From Bacteroidales bacterium UBA1715 (GTDB taxonomy: Bacteria > Bacteroidota > Bacteroidia > Bacteroidales > UBA1715): a stretch of 64,000 bases of DNA. Each line of letters begins with the position of its first letter. The first letter of the stretch is position 1. Below, piece after piece: positions 21,248-31,163 of the stretch. A program made the position numbers and the translations under genes. Below the pieces are notes generated by a model. It was not told the DNA's origin, did not search any database, and saw nothing but the letters and a program-made list of their open reading frames with translations. The stretch lies in assembly GCA_002317135.1 (NCBI GenBank), contig DCIX01000010.1, forward strand, positions 1,637 through 65,636, given 5' to 3'.

Positions 21248-22465
21248 ATGTTTGATATTCAATCTATACGAAACGATTTCCCGATTTTGAGCCAAAAGGT
21301 TCATAATCACGATTTAATATACTTCGACAATGGTGCCACAACGCAGAAACCGCAGGTGGTAATCGATGCCATTGTTGATGCCTACACAAAAACAAACAGC
21401 AACATTCATCGTGGCATCCATACATTGAGCCAGTTGTCAACTACAATGTACGAGCAAGCACGCCAAATGGTACAAGTTTTTATTAACGCACCACACGATT
21501 ACGAGATCATTTTTACCAAAGGTGTTACCGAATCGTTAAACCTTGTTGCTCAAACATTTAGCGAAGCTTTTCTGAACGAAGGCGACGAAATTATAGTTTC
21601 GGCCATGGAACACCATTCCAATCTTGTTCCTTGGCAAATGGTTTGTGAACGCAAAAAGGCTAAACTAAAATGTATACCATTTAACCACGATGGCGTTCTT
21701 GATATTGAGGCATACAAAAATCTTTTTACCGAAAAAACAAAATTCGTTTCGGTCGTTCACGTTTCCAACACATTGGGAACTGTCAATCCTATAAAAGAAA
21801 TTATCGATATTGCCCATAGTCACAATGTTCCTATTATGATAGACGGGGCACAGTCGGTTCAACATATTCCTATTGATGTTCAAGAACTTGACTGTGATTT
21901 CTTTGCTTTTTCCGGGCACAAGATTTATGCTCCGACAGGAACCGGCGTTCTTTGGGGAAAAGAAGAATGGTTGGAAAAACTTCCTCCATATCAGGGTGGC
22001 GGCGATATGATAAAAACGGTGACGCTCGAAAAAACTATCTACAACGATTTGCCTTTCAAATTCGAGGCGGGAACGACAAATTATGTCGGCGCACATGCTC
22101 TTGGAGTTGCCTTGCATTATCTTATGAATATTGGAATGCCATATATTCAGAAATATGAATCGGAACTGATTCAATATGCAAACCAAAAACTTGCCGAAAT
22201 TCCGCAAGTTACAATTATCGGCAACGCTCCTGAAAAAGCCGGCGCAATTTCCTTCGAAGTTGACGGCGCACATTGTGCCGATATTGGTATGATACTCGAC
22301 AAACAAGGTATCGCCATCCGTACAGGCACACATTGTACAGAACCAATTATGCAGTACTACGGAGTTCCAGGCACTGCACGCATGTCGTTGGCAATGTACA
22401 ACACGAAAGAAGAAATTGACTATTTTGTGAAAACACTTGCAAAAGTGGCTATGATGTTTGAATAA
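21248..22465 (+). CDS. sufS: Cysteine desulfurase SufS
   Basis: 405 aa. PLP-lysine motif FSGHKIYAPTG and active-site Cys RTGTHCTEP. Confidence 0.93.
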   Translation: MFDIQSIRNDFPILSQKVHNHDLIYFDNGATTQKPQVVIDAIVDAYTKTNSNIHRGIHTLSQLSTTMYEQARQMVQVFINAPHDYEIIFTKGVTESLNLVAQTFSEAFLNEGDEIIVSAMEHHSNLVPWQMVCERKKAKLKCIPFNHDGVLDIEAYKNLFTEKTKFVSVVHVSNTLGTVNPIKEIIDIAHSHNVPIMIDGAQSVQHIPIDVQELDCDFFAFSGHKIYAPTGTGVLWGKEEWLEKLPPYQGGGDMIKTVTLEKTIYNDLPFKFEAGTTNYVGAHALGVALHYLMNIGMPYIQKYESELIQYANQKLAEIPQVTIIGNAPEKAGAISFEVDGAHCADIGMILDKQGIAIRTGTHCTEPIMQYYGVPGTARMSLAMYNTKEEIDYFVKTLAKVAMMFE

Positions 22466-22472
22466 TTTCGTT

Positions 22473-23501
22473 ATGAAAAAATTATTTCCATTTCTGTTAA
22501 TTCTTGCAATTTTCAGCAGTTGTAAAAAAGAATATAACTACTACTATGTCACAAATGTGGATAGTATCTATAGAAGTTATTATTACCAAACTATATTAAG
22601 TGAACAACAGGAAATAACTGCCGAAAAGCAACCTGCCTTTCTTAAAAAAGGTGACACAATTGCTGTCTTTGCCTTATCAAACGCAGTATCGAAAACAGAG
22701 TTAGCAAGAGGCATCGACACTCTAAAGAAATGGGGACTTGTCGTTATCGAAGCCGACAACTTATATAAACAAGACGGACGGTACGCCGGCACACAAAGTG
22801 AACGTATCGAAAGCTTCCAAAAGCTTGTCGACAATCCGAACATTAAGGCGTTAATCTCTGCACGAGGCGGCTACGGCGCTGCGCAAGTGCTTTCGTATAT
22901 AGATTTTTCATCATTCGAACAAAATCCGAAATGGGTTATTGGCTACAGCGATGTAACAGCTTTACACATCGCCTTGAACAACATGGGATACGCAACTATT
23001 CACGGCCCAATGGTGAAAAATTTCACCGACGCCGAAAGTGTTCAATCACTTAAAAAGGCGTTGTTCGGAGAATTAACAACAAATTCAATTACTACCAACA
23101 ACAACTGCGCAACTGGTAGTGCCGAAGGTCGTTTAGTCGGTGGAAATCTTTCGCTTATCTACAGCATGGGAGGCACATTATACGATCTTAACGTGAAAAA
23201 TTCTATCTTGCTGATTGAAGACACCGGTGAAGCAAACTACGCCATAGATAGAATGTTGGCAAATCTTAAATTAAGCGGTAAACTCGACGCTCTTAAAGGT
23301 GTAGTTGTCGGCGAATTTTCACAAATGACTCAAAGTTCAGATTTGCCAATAAACGAAATTATTCACAACTATTTTGATGACCTCAACATTCCTATTCTAT
23401 ACGGCATCAATATGGGACACGACACAAAAAATCTTGCCACATATCTTGGTAGAACAGTGAAATTGACCGTATCAAAAGATAAAGCAACTATTTCTTACTA
23501 A
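22473..23501 (+). CDS. ldcA: LD-carboxypeptidase (peptidase S66)
   Basis: GYSDVTALH nucleophile motif and a signal peptide from ATG 22473. The ORF-track start at 22458 is TTG. Confidence 0.85.
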   Translation: MKKLFPFLLILAIFSSCKKEYNYYYVTNVDSIYRSYYYQTILSEQQEITAEKQPAFLKKGDTIAVFALSNAVSKTELARGIDTLKKWGLVVIEADNLYKQDGRYAGTQSERIESFQKLVDNPNIKALISARGGYGAAQVLSYIDFSSFEQNPKWVIGYSDVTALHIALNNMGYATIHGPMVKNFTDAESVQSLKKALFGELTTNSITTNNNCATGSAEGRLVGGNLSLIYSMGGTLYDLNVKNSILLIEDTGEANYAIDRMLANLKLSGKLDALKGVVVGEFSQMTQSSDLPINEIIHNYFDDLNIPILYGINMGHDTKNLATYLGRTVKLTVSKDKATISY

Positions 23502-23502
23502 A

Positions 23503-24630
23503 CTGGCATCTCTTTACATTCATATTCCGTACTGTAAAAAGTTGTGTTACTATTGCGACTTCCATTTTAGTCTCAACTGTAAAACACAAACGGAGATGGT
23601 TTCTGCACTTTGCAAAGAAATCGAAATGCGGAATGGTTTTCTAAATGCTCCTCTCGAAACAATATATTTCGGTGGCGGAACTCCTTCTGTATTACAACCT
23701 TATGAATTAGAACAACTCTTTGCAACCATACACAAACAGTTCTCAATTCTTCCGAATGCAGAAATTAACTTTGAATGTAATCCCGACGATATTACCAAAG
23801 AATATTGCCAAAAACTCCGCTCACTTGGCGTCAATCGCTTGAGTATTGGCATACAATCATTTTACGATGACGACTTACAATTACTCAATCGCCGACATTC
23901 AGCAAATTCTGCGAAAAAAGCGGTAGAAATCGCACAAAATTGTGGCTTTTCGAACATTACAGTCGATCTCATTTACGGACTTCCTAATATGACCTTAGAG
24001 CGCTGGAAACAAAACCTCAACGAAGTTGCAAAGTTGCATGTACAACATCTTTCTGCCTATTCACTTATGGTGGAAGAACATACGGCACTACATAAATTTG
24101 TACGAACTGGGAAGTTTATCTTGCCAACCGAAGAATCTGTTCTTGAACAGTTCAATTATCTCATAGATTGGTCGCAACAAACTGGTTTTGAGCAATATGA
24201 GATTTCGAATTTCGCGAAGAAAGATTTTCAATCACGACATAATTCTGCCTATTGGTGCGGCAAGCCATATTTAGGAATTGGTCCGTCGGCACACTCCTAC
24301 GATGGCAACAATCGCTATTGGAATATTGCCCACAATGCAAAGTATATTGCTGCAATTCAGTCGAATACAATCCCTTGCGAAGAAGAACATCTATCCGTAC
24401 AAGACAAATATAATGAAATAATAATGACGGGATTACGCACCCAAAAAGGTGTTAATATTGATTCAATTAAAAATAATTTCCCTAAAGAATATTATAATAC
24501 CTTTGTAGAACAGAAAAATCACTTTCTTGAACAAAAACTGATTCAAGAAAAAAATAATAGCATTGCGCTAACTCGCAATGGCATAATGCTTTCTGATATG
24601 ATTATGAGCGAATTTTTTATTACAAAATAA
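23503..24630 (+). CDS. hemW: Radical SAM haem chaperone / coproporphyrinogen-III-oxidase-like HemW (start codon uncertain)
   Basis: LYIHIPYCKKLCYYCDF contains the CxxxCxxC radical-SAM motif, but its first Cys (23533) lies upstream of the first canonical start (TTG 23542). The frame is open from 23467. Confidence 0.85.
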   Translation: MASLYIHIPYCKKLCYYCDFHFSLNCKTQTEMVSALCKEIEMRNGFLNAPLETIYFGGGTPSVLQPYELEQLFATIHKQFSILPNAEINFECNPDDITKEYCQKLRSLGVNRLSIGIQSFYDDDLQLLNRRHSANSAKKAVEIAQNCGFSNITVDLIYGLPNMTLERWKQNLNEVAKLHVQHLSAYSLMVEEHTALHKFVRTGKFILPTEESVLEQFNYLIDWSQQTGFEQYEISNFAKKDFQSRHNSAYWCGKPYLGIGPSAHSYDGNNRYWNIAHNAKYIAAIQSNTIPCEEEHLSVQDKYNEIIMTGLRTQKGVNIDSIKNNFPKEYYNTFVEQKNHFLEQKLIQEKNNSIALTRNGIMLSDMIMSEFFITK

Positions 24631-24631
24631 T

Positions 24632-26119
24632 ATGGGACTAATTTCAAAACTTGTTGGTCAAACTGCAATTTACGGACTAAGCACCATTATCGGACGCTTT
24701 CTAAACTTTATGCTCGTTCCTCTCTATACACGTTGTTTTTCACAAGCAGAATATGGAGTTGTTACCGAGTTATATAGCTACACGGTTTTCCTTATGATTT
24801 TCCTTACATACGGAATGGAAACTGGTTTCTTCCGTTTTATGCAAAACAAAGATGACGAACCAAAGGTTTTCTCAACAATAACCACAAGTTTATTCTCATC
24901 TTCAGCAATATTTATAGGACTTGTTTTTCTTCTACTGTCGCCAATTTCAAGTGTACTTGGCTATAGCGACCATCAGGATTTTGTGATGATTATGGCAATC
25001 ATTATTGGTATTGACGCCTTTACCAGTGTTCCTTTTGCCAAACTACGACACGAAAACAAAGCACTACAATTTGCGGCAATAAAACTTACGAATATTGGCA
25101 TAAATATTGGTCTTAACATATTGTTTATCATTATTTTACCAACCATAGCAAAGACAAGTTCCAATCAATGGTTGGTAGATAATTTCTCAACTCCGAAAGT
25201 TGTCTATATTTTCATATCAAACCTGGCTGCCAGTGTAGTTACATTGATTCTATTATTGCCTGACATTTTGAAAAACCGTAATGGTTTTGACTACGATTTG
25301 CTTAAAAGAATTTTCAGTTACTCGTGGCCTCTTCTCATTTCTGGACTTGCGGGCAGTATCAACGAAGTGTACGATAGAGTTTCGCTTCGCTATTTCCTAA
25401 CCGTTCCCGACGGCGTTGACGCATCGCAATATATTCTTTCGCAAGTAGGAATTTATGGTGCAAACTATAAACTTGCCATGATTATTTCAATCTTCAACCA
25501 GGCATTCCGTTTCGCAGCAGAGCCATTCTTCTTTTCAAGAATGAAGGAAAAAGATTCACGCCAGATGTATGCTAAAATTATGAACTATTTTACCATTTTC
25601 ACTTTACTACTATTTTTGGTAATTATGTTGTATCTTAACATATTCAAACTATTTATTGGTAGCAATTTCCACGATGGATTGGGTATTATTCCGGTATTGT
25701 TGATGGCTAATATATTCCTTGGAATTGTATTTAACCTTTCAATTTGGTATAAAGTAACAAACCAAACTACATTCGGAATCTGGATTACCGGATTCGGTGC
25801 ATTAATTACCTTGGCAATCAATATCGTTTTTGTACCGATTTACGGATACGTTGCTTGTGCGTGGGCAACACTTGCCTGCTACGTGCTGATGGCAGTCCTA
25901 TCATACATACTCTGCCAAAAACACTATGGTATTCCATACAAAATAGGAACATTGGCGGCATATTTCATATTGGCTGGCGTGCTATATTATGCCGATAGTG
26001 CCATTACATTTGATGGGCTTATTCTCTCATACACATACAAAACCGTACTTGTGGGTATCTTCCTGATTCTTACTGTCGGTAACGAATGGAGAATACTTAA
26101 AGCTGAAAAGAAGTTATAA
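24632..26119 (+). CDS. MOP-superfamily oligosaccharide/polysaccharide flippase (Wzx-like)
   Basis: 495 aa, roughly 12-14 TM segments, with a Polysacc_synt-like N-terminus (ISKLVGQTAIYGLSTIIGRFLNF). Confidence 0.7.
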   Translation: MGLISKLVGQTAIYGLSTIIGRFLNFMLVPLYTRCFSQAEYGVVTELYSYTVFLMIFLTYGMETGFFRFMQNKDDEPKVFSTITTSLFSSSAIFIGLVFLLLSPISSVLGYSDHQDFVMIMAIIIGIDAFTSVPFAKLRHENKALQFAAIKLTNIGINIGLNILFIIILPTIAKTSSNQWLVDNFSTPKVVYIFISNLAASVVTLILLLPDILKNRNGFDYDLLKRIFSYSWPLLISGLAGSINEVYDRVSLRYFLTVPDGVDASQYILSQVGIYGANYKLAMIISIFNQAFRFAAEPFFFSRMKEKDSRQMYAKIMNYFTIFTLLLFLVIMLYLNIFKLFIGSNFHDGLGIIPVLLMANIFLGIVFNLSIWYKVTNQTTFGIWITGFGALITLAINIVFVPIYGYVACAWATLACYVLMAVLSYILCQKHYGIPYKIGTLAAYFILAGVLYYADSAITFDGLILSYTYKTVLVGIFLILTVGNEWRILKAEKKL

Positions 26120-26139
26120 CAAATTGTAGTCGTACAACT

Positions 26140-26559
26140 ATGGAAGAAAAAACAATATACGAAGGTTCTCCTTCACAATGGATTAACATAAAAGTTTTCC
26201 TTTTATGCGGATTGTTTTGTTGGCTTATCGTTCCAATCTTTTTCGCATTATACCATTACTATCTGCTAAAATGCACAAAAACAACCATAACAACAAAACG
26301 CATTATCGTTGAACGTGGTTTATTTTCAAAAAGAACAGATGAAATTCTCTTAAAACGCGTAACAGATACCAAACTATTTGAACCTTTTTTACTTCGCTTA
26401 GTTGGCTTGTCAAACCTTACAATCTACTCTACCGACAAAACCAGAGGCGAACTATTTGTTGATGCCATTCACAATGGCAAACAGATATGGAATGAACTTC
26501 GTGCAGCCGTAGAAATGGAACGAGTAGGCGTAAAAGAATTTGAACAAAGATTCGTGTAA
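26140..26559 (+). CDS. Membrane bPH (YdbS/YdbT-like PH) domain protein
   Basis: 139 aa. Two TM helices are followed by ...TTKRIIVERGLFSKRTDEILLKRV..., which is typical of the bacterial PH domain. Confidence 0.6.
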   Translation: MEEKTIYEGSPSQWINIKVFLLCGLFCWLIVPIFFALYHYYLLKCTKTTITTKRIIVERGLFSKRTDEILLKRVTDTKLFEPFLLRLVGLSNLTIYSTDKTRGELFVDAIHNGKQIWNELRAAVEMERVGVKEFEQRFV

Positions 26560-26607
26560 AATCACTTCTTCCGAATAACACGATGCTTTAATTTAACCAT
26601 TGCCAAG

Positions 26608-29600
26608 TTAATTTCCTTCCTCCAAATTCATAATATAGTCAGAATAGATTTTCTGATACTGAGGACGGAGTTTGATAGAGTTTTCTTGTAACAAATCACC
26701 ATACTGCAATTTGTCTTTTTCGGTTTGCTGAAATTTTTTCTTGGCACTTTCCGAAGGTGTTTCTACAGCAGTCTTTGACTCACGCTCTTTGTCCATATCA
26801 CGTTCGTGTTTAGAATTTTCCGCTTCGAGCATACGAGTCAATATCTGCTCCTGGCGCATCAATGTTTGCGGTGTTATGGTTTGATTTACAATGTCTCGCT
26901 CTGTTTGGTCCATAAGACGCTGAATATCTTTTAATTGCTGAACTCCTTCAGGCGAAAGTTCACCATTCTGCATCATCGTGTTTGCCATCTGTTTGAGCAT
27001 CTGCTCTTTCATCAGCATTTCGCTTAACTGCTTCTGCATCTGCTGCGATGGCATTCCACCGTTTTTCATCTGCTTCATCATCTCCTGCATCTGCGATTTC
27101 AACGATTCTTGCATCTGCTTCATCTGTTGAAATGATGGCTTCGCTCCTTTTCCCGAACTACGCGGATTCTGACATTGCTGCTGTCCTTCCATTTGCTGTG
27201 CAGCCTGTTGTTGCATAGCATCCAACACTTCCGATAGCATCAACGCCAAATTATTGGCCGCAGTCATAATGTATTGCTGGCTCATTTGTGCAAGACCACG
27301 CTGTCTTTGTTCCAAATAATCAAGCACAACATTTCCATTCTTATAAATTTCGAAAACTTCATTATTTATCGACTGGGAAATCTGTGGTACACGAGTACTC
27401 AAAGCATACAATGAATCTTTTATAATCTTGAAATTCTCTGACAATGCATTTTGACCATCTGCTGTTTCGGCATACTTCGGATCAGCGTACGAAAGCTTTT
27501 TGGTCTGATTTAACAAATCCTCTTGCTTGAACGAGAACGTCACTAAATTTTCAAGTATCTGACGCAAATTTGCCATATCTTCCATAGCTTGCTGCTGCAT
27601 TTGTTGTTGCATCATTCCTTGCATAGACTGAGCTAACTTTTCAGTCTCCTCTGCAGCCTTTTTCATAGACTTCGATGCCTTGTTCGACTGTTTTTGTTCT
27701 TGCTCAGACTGACTCTGTTGCATACTATTTTGTATATCTTGGAATTGTTGGTCAAAGTTCTGTAAATCATACTTTTGCTGCAATTCCTCGTTCTTTTCTT
27801 TGGCATCGTTATAGTTCTTCTCAATTGACTGCAATTCCTCGGAAAGTTCCTTCATTTTCTGTTGCATAGCATCGGTATTCTTACCGTTTTTCATATCTTC
27901 CGAAAGTTGCTGCTGTTCCTTCGCCAATTCCTCCAATCTATTGCTCGAAGACTGAATTTGTTCCTCAACATCCATACGCTTCAACAACTCTAAATCTCTA
28001 TCAAGTTGTTTCGACAGCTCTTCATACGACATCTTCATTTCTTCCGATTTCTTAATGAAGTCATTTTTGTTGAACTCCTCACGCATTTGGTTGAATTCTT
28101 CCATCATCTTACGAAGTTCATCGTCCATAAGACTATTGAGCAAATCATTTATTTCCTGTTGTTTACGAAGTAACTCCTCGTCTTTTTCCGACATTTTTTG
28201 CTGCAAATCATTCTTTTGCTGCAACGATTGTTGAAGATTTTCAACCTGCTTTTTAATTTGCTCCTGTTTTTCCTGCATTTCGTCAAGAACTTGCTTACGC
28301 TCCCAGTCAGAAAGATTTTCATTCAAGAGTTTTTGCTTCAACTTATCTAAATCTTTCATCATTTCCTGAGCCAACGATGTTGACTGCTCGAATGAAGATT
28401 GTATCTGTTGACTAAATTGTTCCTGCATTTTCTCCATCTCCTCTTGAGTTGGAATAGCAAATTCATACATTGCTGTACGCGCAGATTTTCTTCCATTAAC
28501 CGCATCATTATCAAATACTTCAAAGTAATATTGAATAGCATCTCCTTTCGAAAACTGCGAAAAATCAAACATATAAAAGAACTGCTGATGCGTAACCGAT
28601 GGCGAAAATTCCACTGGAATACGAACAGCTTCTGCTTCCCTGTCTTTCAAATAGTACACAAAATCCAGCGACGAAAATCCATAATCGTCTTGAATTTCCC
28701 CTTTGAAATAATAAGTGAAGTATTCCGTGCTATCCTGCTTTTGTTCTACTTGTATAGCTGGTCGAATATCTGGAATAACCGTAAATGTGTAATCAATAAT
28801 TCGAATTGAATCCAAATAGGAATTCTTACCGATAAGCGAATATTCCATAGTTTGTTTAATATGCTGATTCAAAACGAATGTATCGTCTTTTTTCTTGAAA
28901 AATTCTGTCCCGTTTTCCGATACAAAAAGCAAGGAATCCGTATCAACAGCATTGACTTGCCATGTAACTTTTGAACCTGCTGGAAACGTTACATCACCCG
29001 TATTCTTCTCAACAAAATTATCTATCTGTGTATATGTCGGTGTTTCTACCGAAATCGTAAATTCATATAACTGTGGCAACGGATATACCTCTAAATTAAA
29101 CTGTTGCGACGAATACTCATCGGCAACAAAGCTAAATGTTAGTGATTGGTTACAACCATGTAAATCATATTCGAAAGAATTGGCTGTTTTTTTCGTCATA
29201 GCAAAGCGATTACCGCCAAAAGATATTTGTACCTCATCGGGAACAAATTTTCCTTCTATATGCATTAAAATGGAAAAATCGGAGCCTTTTAATACCGACA
29301 AAGAGTCGTTATCTAAAACAAATGTAAATGGCGCAGGTTTTTCAAAATATTCGTTGTGTTTCACAATACGAGTCGCTCCGTCCACTATTGCCCGTGGATA
29401 CAACAACGAAACGAGCAGTATTACAGCCAATAAAGCAACTGCATATTTCCAATACGATAAAAATGTACGGAAATCAAAAGCCGACAAAAATGGAATTGGT
29501 CGTAGTGCATCAATTTTTTGATTGATTGCCGCTATTGCTAACTGATTATCTGTTAGTGATTTATCGTTTGCAAGTTCTAAAGTATTTAATAATGTATCTT

Positions 29601-29919
29601 GAACTTCTGGGAAAAATTTTGTGACGATTTTTGCTGCTTCAACATGGGAAAGCACTTTCCCAATCTTATAAATATGAGCAAATGGAACCAACACATATTT
29701 CACCAGTGTTATGGCGGCTATCGTTAATGAAACATAAAAAACTATGGTGCGTACCGATGTAGGTAAAAAAGTAAAATATTCTATGCAACTGATTGTGATA
29801 AAATAACATACGCCTATCAAAACAAACAAAATTAAACCTTTCAGAAATTCATTTACATAGAATCTTCTGATAAACTCGTCTAATTTTGTCAGTATGATAT
29901 TGATATTGGATTTCTCCAT
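26608..29919 (-). CDS. Large membrane-anchored protein with a beta-rich middle region and a ~600-aa Q/E/K/M-rich coiled-coil tail (architecture resembles the Bacteroidota DUF4175 family)
   Basis: 1103 aa. N-terminal TM helices, then a long heptad-like low-complexity region (e.g. MQGMMQQQMQQQAMEDM, QMQEMMKQMKNGGMPSQQMQKQ). Confidence 0.6.
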   Translation of the reverse strand: MEKSNINIILTKLDEFIRRFYVNEFLKGLILFVLIGVCYFITISCIEYFTFLPTSVRTIVFYVSLTIAAITLVKYVLVPFAHIYKIGKVLSHVEAAKIVTKFFPEVQDTLLNTLELANDKSLTDNQLAIAAINQKIDALRPIPFLSAFDFRTFLSYWKYAVALLAVILLVSLLYPRAIVDGATRIVKHNEYFEKPAPFTFVLDNDSLSVLKGSDFSILMHIEGKFVPDEVQISFGGNRFAMTKKTANSFEYDLHGCNQSLTFSFVADEYSSQQFNLEVYPLPQLYEFTISVETPTYTQIDNFVEKNTGDVTFPAGSKVTWQVNAVDTDSLLFVSENGTEFFKKKDDTFVLNQHIKQTMEYSLIGKNSYLDSIRIIDYTFTVIPDIRPAIQVEQKQDSTEYFTYYFKGEIQDDYGFSSLDFVYYLKDREAEAVRIPVEFSPSVTHQQFFYMFDFSQFSKGDAIQYYFEVFDNDAVNGRKSARTAMYEFAIPTQEEMEKMQEQFSQQIQSSFEQSTSLAQEMMKDLDKLKQKLLNENLSDWERKQVLDEMQEKQEQIKKQVENLQQSLQQKNDLQQKMSEKDEELLRKQQEINDLLNSLMDDELRKMMEEFNQMREEFNKNDFIKKSEEMKMSYEELSKQLDRDLELLKRMDVEEQIQSSSNRLEELAKEQQQLSEDMKNGKNTDAMQQKMKELSEELQSIEKNYNDAKEKNEELQQKYDLQNFDQQFQDIQNSMQQSQSEQEQKQSNKASKSMKKAAEETEKLAQSMQGMMQQQMQQQAMEDMANLRQILENLVTFSFKQEDLLNQTKKLSYADPKYAETADGQNALSENFKIIKDSLYALSTRVPQISQSINNEVFEIYKNGNVVLDYLEQRQRGLAQMSQQYIMTAANNLALMLSEVLDAMQQQAAQQMEGQQQCQNPRSSGKGAKPSFQQMKQMQESLKSQMQEMMKQMKNGGMPSQQMQKQLSEMLMKEQMLKQMANTMMQNGELSPEGVQQLKDIQRLMDQTERDIVNQTITPQTLMRQEQILTRMLEAENSKHERDMDKERESKTAVETPSESAKKKFQQTEKDKLQYGDLLQENSIKLRPQYQKIYSDYIMNLEEGN

Positions 29920-29927
29920 AGGCAGTC

Positions 29928-31163
29928 TTATTTAGAAAGCCATTGTTCTGGATCCAATTTTTCTAGTTCTTGCCAAATTTGCAATTGAATAACTGTTGAG
30001 TTCGTTTCCGGATCGGTGTAAATTGTTCCAATTTCCTGTTTTGCCTTCACTTGTTGTCCGGCTTTTACAGTGACACTCACTAAGTTATCGTAAACTGTAT
30101 AATAATTTCCGTGTTTAATAAGCACAGCGGTATTTCTACCTGGAATCAAGACAATCTTTGAAACTGTTCCATCGAAAATTGCGCGTGCTTTTGCCCCCTT
30201 GGTAGTAGCAATTGAAACACCATTACTTTCAACTTCAACATATTCCAAAGTTGGATGTTTGTGACGACCAAAATGTTCAGTGATTTTACCCGTTGCCGTT
30301 GGCCAAGGCAAACGACCTTTATTACCAGAAAACTGTGTAGATACAAGTTTTTCCTCTGGTGTCAGTGTGGAAACAGTAGTCGATTTTGTAGTCGTATTCT
30401 TGTTTTTTGCAGCTTCTGCTTTGCGTTTCGCCTCAATTTCTGCTTTAATCAAGTCTGCAATTTGTTTATCAAGTTTTTTTGCAAGTGCTTGCTTTTCAGC
30501 AAGTTTTTGTTTTAATTCTTGCTGTTTGCTATTCAATTTTTTTATTGTAGCATCTTCCAAATATTTATCTTGCTCAAGCTTTCGTGCTTCAGATTGCTTC
30601 TCTCCCACTATATTCTTTTTGTGTAGCAATAATTTGTCCAACTCTGCCTTACGAGAACCTAAACTGTCTTGTAAAGACTTGATTCGTTCCGATTGTTGAA
30701 TCATATAATCGGAATAATACTGCAAGTATTTTAAACGATTGTATGCTTGATTAAAATCTTCCGAAGAAAGCAAAAAAATCAACTGCTGATACTGACCATT
30801 CACTTTGTAAACCGTAAATAAAGCCTTTTTATAATCTGCCTGAATTTGCTCTAATTGCGTAGAAAGCGTATGAATTTGCGTGTTTGTAGCGGCAATATCA
30901 CCCTCGATATATTCAATTTCCTGTTGAAGAGTATTCACATATCTGTTTCTCTCTTCAATTTGCTGGCTCAACAATGTGACACGTTCAATAGAAACAGACT
31001 TACTTTTTTCTGTTTCCTTTAACAATTTACTTGTGCGTTCTATGTCCTTTTTTGCCTTATTTAGTTCAGCCTGAACTTGTGCTTTTGTTTTCTTTTTCTG
31101 GCAATATACTTCATTTGAAAAACAAAAGAATAAAGCAAATAATATGAACAAATACTTTTTCAT
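29928..31163 (-). CDS. EnvC-like murein hydrolase activator (coiled coil plus degenerate LytM/M23 domain)
   Basis: Signal peptide and ~270 aa of coiled coil. The C-terminal LytM fold lacks the HxH metal site (VIQLQIWQ in place of LHFE). Confidence 0.75.
   Translation of the reverse strand: MKKYLFILFALFFCFSNEVYCQKKKTKAQVQAELNKAKKDIERTSKLLKETEKSKSVSIERVTLLSQQIEERNRYVNTLQQEIEYIEGDIAATNTQIHTLSTQLEQIQADYKKALFTVYKVNGQYQQLIFLLSSEDFNQAYNRLKYLQYYSDYMIQQSERIKSLQDSLGSRKAELDKLLLHKKNIVGEKQSEARKLEQDKYLEDATIKKLNSKQQELKQKLAEKQALAKKLDKQIADLIKAEIEAKRKAEAAKNKNTTTKSTTVSTLTPEEKLVSTQFSGNKGRLPWPTATGKITEHFGRHKHPTLEYVEVESNGVSIATTKGAKARAIFDGTVSKIVLIPGRNTAVLIKHGNYYTVYDNLVSVTVKAGQQVKAKQEIGTIYTDPETNSTVIQLQIWQELEKLDPEQWLSK

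Noticed and set aside
21665-22333. Long antisense ORFs in the six-frame track. Examples: 21665-22333 opposite sufS, 44230-44739 opposite pyrE and the ABC ATPase, 28895-29521 and 28399-28809 opposite the 1103-aa gene, 2618-3145 opposite ffh, 20292-20741, 52880-53350, and 114-383 opposite folD.
   Set aside because: Each lies entirely within a well-supported gene on the other strand. Their composition is odd (Cys/Phe/Ile/Asn-rich or low complexity) with no recognisable motif. They are shadow ORFs typical of AT-rich genomes.
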